Positions 46,677 through 49,561 of a stretch of DNA of 49,561 nt are shown piece by piece. The DNA is taken from positions 1 through 49,561 of the forward strand of contig JAZAHK010000026.1 in the NCBI GenBank assembly GCA_036231405.1. The letters run 5' to 3'. The position numbers and the translations under genes were made by a program. Position 1 is the first letter of the stretch, and the number at the start of each line of letters is the position of its first letter. Below the pieces are notes generated by a model. The model saw only the letters and a list, made by a program, of their open reading frames with translations, did not search any database and had not been told where the DNA came from. This DNA comes from Nitrospinota bacterium (GTDB lineage: Bacteria; UBA8248).

Positions 46677-47191
46677 TCGAACAGAATCCTGTATTCATTG
46701 CGCTTGGGGCAAATCTGGAACATAGAACGTCTCAACTTAATAAAGCTATAGAACTCTTGTCTATGGAAGAAAAACTAGTTTTCCGTTCTGTTTCTTCGTT
46801 TTATGAGACTGAGCCAGTGGGAGTAGAACCACAGCCTGTCTATCTGAATGCCGTGGCAGAATTCAAATGTTCGCTCACCCCACGCCAACTCTTAAATTTG
46901 GTTTTAGGAATTGAAAAAAAAATGGGAAGAGTTAGGGCCACTAAAGGTTCCTCAAGACTTATCGATTTAGATATTCTTCTATATGGACAATGTGTATTGA
47001 AAACTCCATCTTTAGAAGTTCCTCATCCAAGAATGCATGAGAGACGTTTTGTGCTTGTGCCCTTAAGTGAGATAGCCCCTAAGGCATTTCATCCAATTTT
47101 AAAAATGACAGCTAAAGAAATTCTTGAAACGGTTACGAAAAAAAAATATTGGGTGAAAAAAATAGAAGGTGATTCTAGCCCCCTTCTATGA
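46673..47191 (+). CDS. folK: HPPK (7,8-dihydro-6-hydroxymethylpterin pyrophosphokinase)
   Basis: IALGAN, SSFYETEP, RLIDLDILLYG, PHPRMHERRFVLVPL. Confidence 0.95.
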   Translation: MIEQNPVFIALGANLEHRTSQLNKAIELLSMEEKLVFRSVSSFYETEPVGVEPQPVYLNAVAEFKCSLTPRQLLNLVLGIEKKMGRVRATKGSSRLIDLDILLYGQCVLKTPSLEVPHPRMHERRFVLVPLSEIAPKAFHPILKMTAKEILETVTKKKYWVKKIEGDSSPLL

Positions 47192-47264
47192 AATAATTCA
47201 TGTGCTTGGCTTTATTTATTAGCTTTTTTAAATTTTAATTGAAAGCAAATGGGCAAGTTCGAAA

Positions 47265-48107
47265 ATGCAACTTATTTCTTCTCCAGAACAAATGCATATC
47301 TTGTGTTCTAATTTCAGGAAAAAGACCACGAATGTTGGTCTAGTTCCAACTATGGGAGCTCTGCACAATGGCCATAAGAGTTTGATAGAGACATCATTGA
47401 AAGAAAACGATACTACTATAGTTAGTGTTTTTCTAAATCCTACACAATTTAACTCGTCCAACGATCTTGAGAGTTATCCAAGGATGATAGATGATGATTC
47501 CAAACTCTGCAGTTCTCTTGGAGTAGACTATCTCTTTGTTCCAAATACTGAACAAATTTATCCCTCTGGTTATTCGTCGTGGATCAATGTAGGGGGGATT
47601 TCAGATAAACTTTGTGGTATTGGAAGACCTGGTCATTTTCGTGGTGTCTCTACAGTCGTATTGAAATTGTTAATGATTTGTCTCCCTGATTATGCTTATT
47701 TCGGTGAAAAAGATTATCAACAATTTTTAATTGTTAGTCGAATGTGTACTGACTTGTCGTTAGATACTCAAATCGTTCTATGTCCGATTATTCGTGACTC
47801 AGACGGATTAGCTTTAAGTAGTAGAAATATTCATTTAAGTCCAGAAGATAGAGAAACTGCTCTTTTGGTTGTCAAAGCAATGAAAAGAGTTGAGAAATTT
47901 TTCCTTGAGGGTGAGAATAATTGTTCCAAATTAATCCAAACCGCAAAAGAAATACTTACAGAACCAAGTTTAGAGTTGGAATATATAGAAATTGTAGATT
48001 CTGAAACCCTGGAAAGCTTGAAAGAAATTAAGGATTCAGCGCGAATTATGATTGCAATTAAAATAGGTTCAATTAGATTAATAGATAATTTATATCTGGA
48101 ACTTTAA
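47265..48107 (+). CDS. panC: Pantoate--beta-alanine ligase
   Basis: VPTMGALHNGH, RPGHFRGV, FGEKDYQQ, GLALSSRN, RLIDN. Confidence 0.97.
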   Translation: MQLISSPEQMHILCSNFRKKTTNVGLVPTMGALHNGHKSLIETSLKENDTTIVSVFLNPTQFNSSNDLESYPRMIDDDSKLCSSLGVDYLFVPNTEQIYPSGYSSWINVGGISDKLCGIGRPGHFRGVSTVVLKLLMICLPDYAYFGEKDYQQFLIVSRMCTDLSLDTQIVLCPIIRDSDGLALSSRNIHLSPEDRETALLVVKAMKRVEKFFLEGENNCSKLIQTAKEILTEPSLELEYIEIVDSETLESLKEIKDSARIMIAIKIGSIRLIDNLYLEL

Positions 48108-48108
48108 A

Positions 48109-49561
48109 ATGGGTATCCCTAGAAGATTCAGAATACAATTTCTTATATTCCTTCTATGTTTTTGTTTCTCCTCATTATCTAATATGTATCCATTAGAGGC
48201 ACGTCAAGAAGGCGAGTTAGAGAATTCTTTTATATTCGGGTTGAAGTTGTTTCAAGATGGACTTTATCTTCCAGCAAGAGAAGCTTTTTTAGATTTTTTG
48301 AAAAAAAACGGAAGCGGTAGAAATGCGGTTATTGCTAGATTTCTACTAGCAGAGTCTTTCAGAAACACCAAGCAATATGATTTGGCAAAGAAAAATTTTC
48401 AACTACTATTAGCTGGTACAACCAACAGGTCAGAAAAAATTTATCTGAAGTCTTATATCAGACTTGGTGAGATTCTTGAACTAGAAGGGAGAGTTATAAA
48501 AGCAGCTGCCAACTACGAGAGCGCGTTTGCCAATCTTATTAGGATGAAATCAAAAAAAGAATCCTATTTATCTCGTTTGATTACGAAGAAATTCTTTTGG
48601 GCATCAATTGCTAGGTACGAGAAAAAAGATTGTAAGAAGTCTATTGAGAATTTAGTCCAACTTGAGAAAATCTCTGATTGGAAAGACTCTGTTCAGGAAG
48701 AAAGCTATGCCTACTATCTTTTTGTTAGAGGAGATTGTGCACTTAGAGCTAACAATTTTAAGTTGTCTAGAAACTACTTCAGTAAAATTCTCTCTTTAAA
48801 AACAAGTGCAAGTTTTCGAGATCAATCAAAATTTTATTTGGCGGTATCGTTTGATAAATCCAGAGAGACTGAAAGATCACTAGTTCTTTATCTTCAGATC
48901 GTAAATCAAAAAAAAATAACTAATCTTGATGTTTTTCTTCTTTCATTATGGCGTTTGTCGGAAATCTCAGAAGAGGGTTTGAAATGGAACAATTCTTTGA
49001 GATATCTAAAATTATTCAGGAAAACAATAGAGATTCGAAAATTGGTAGAAGACGAAAAATTTTCTGAATTTTATGGATTATCAGAAGTACGGATAAAAGG
49101 AATTAAGAATTTTTTAGAACAGGTTAAACAGAGAAATTTAGAGATAAAAACACACGATAATGTATATAAGAGAAAAGTAATTGATCGTAAAAAAAAGATT
49201 GAAAAAATTGACAAAAAATACTTAGAGGAAGTTAAAAAGCGAGGGGAAAAAGTCCAAAAAAGAAAACAGGCGTATCGCAAAGCTTTAATTAATTACAAAA
49301 AGAAAGTACGTAAATTGGAAGAGGAATATCTTGAGAAGGTGAAGGAGAGGAAGAAGAAGGTACGTGCGCTGAAAGTAGAGAATACCAAGAAACTTGATTC
49401 TTACAAAAAGAAAATACGTAGATTGGAAGAGGAATATCTCGAGAAGGTGAAGGAGAGGAAGAAGAAGGTACGTGCGCTGAAAGTAGAGAATACCAAGAAA
49501 CTTGATTCTTACAAAAAGAAAATACGTAAATTGGAAGAGGAATATCTCGAGAAGGTGAAGG
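48109..49561 (+). CDS. Exported TPR-repeat protein with a Lys/Glu coiled-coil repeat region, partial (runs off right edge)
   Basis: Not in the ORF track. Frame read open from ATG 48109 to the end. Signal peptide MGIPRRFRIQFLIFLLCFCFSS..., TPR-like GLKLFQDGLYLPAREAF and ARFLLAESF. Confidence 0.88.
   Translation, partial: MGIPRRFRIQFLIFLLCFCFSSLSNMYPLEARQEGELENSFIFGLKLFQDGLYLPAREAFLDFLKKNGSGRNAVIARFLLAESFRNTKQYDLAKKNFQLLLAGTTNRSEKIYLKSYIRLGEILELEGRVIKAAANYESAFANLIRMKSKKESYLSRLITKKFFWASIARYEKKDCKKSIENLVQLEKISDWKDSVQEESYAYYLFVRGDCALRANNFKLSRNYFSKILSLKTSASFRDQSKFYLAVSFDKSRETERSLVLYLQIVNQKKITNLDVFLLSLWRLSEISEEGLKWNNSLRYLKLFRKTIEIRKLVEDEKFSEFYGLSEVRIKGIKNFLEQVKQRNLEIKTHDNVYKRKVIDRKKKIEKIDKKYLEEVKKRGEKVQKRKQAYRKALINYKKKVRKLEEEYLEKVKERKKKVRALKVENTKKLDSYKKKIRRLEEEYLEKVKERKKKVRALKVENTKKLDSYKKKIRKLEEEYLEKVK
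49294..49561. repeat. 108-bp coding tandem repeat, ~2.5 near-identical copies, truncated by window edge
   Basis: Unit EEYLEKVKERKKKVRALKVENTKKLDSYKKKIR[RK]LE, with gaggaatatct at 49321, 49429 and 49537. Confidence 0.95.

Noticed and set aside
49071-49280. 69-aa minus-strand ORF
   Set aside because: Antisense shadow of the partial TPR protein gene.

Overview
AT-rich bacterial chromosomal segment, probably a whole contig, since both ends stop inside exact coding tandem repeats. The organism is diderm (BamD, LptD, LptM, HldE/HldD). The DapL lysine route, purS-purQ-purL, split F0 operon and tsaB-DUF465-ilv-psd-pssA synteny suggest a Deltaproteobacteria/Nitrospinota-like lineage; this is inference, not a database result. 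Positions 1-9.7 kb are accessory: a pair of secreted proteins built from an unrecognised repeated ~110-aa module with Lys/Glu coiled-coil repeats, a long amidase, and an AKR-Gfo/Idh/MocA-cupin-cupin operon divergent from an EamA transporter. The rest is mostly housekeeping: plsY/pgsA/bamD/mltD, purBCSQLF, hldED, uxs, lptD, psd/pssA, two nested AHAS pairs, atpZIBE, argH-lptM-lysA-dapF-nitroreductase-dapB, dapL-folK-panC and a partial TPR protein. Three real genes are missing from the ORF track: <1-2322 (-), 40022-40156 (+) and 48109->49561 (+). The most notable items are a 7Fe ferredoxin fused to a membrane helix and an unknown domain, the repeated-module secreted proteins sharing an identical signal-peptide cassette, an unusual ATP synthase c subunit, a nitroreductase in the usual dapA slot, and repeat expansions confined to envelope proteins. 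No tRNA, rRNA, CRISPR array or IS element was seen.
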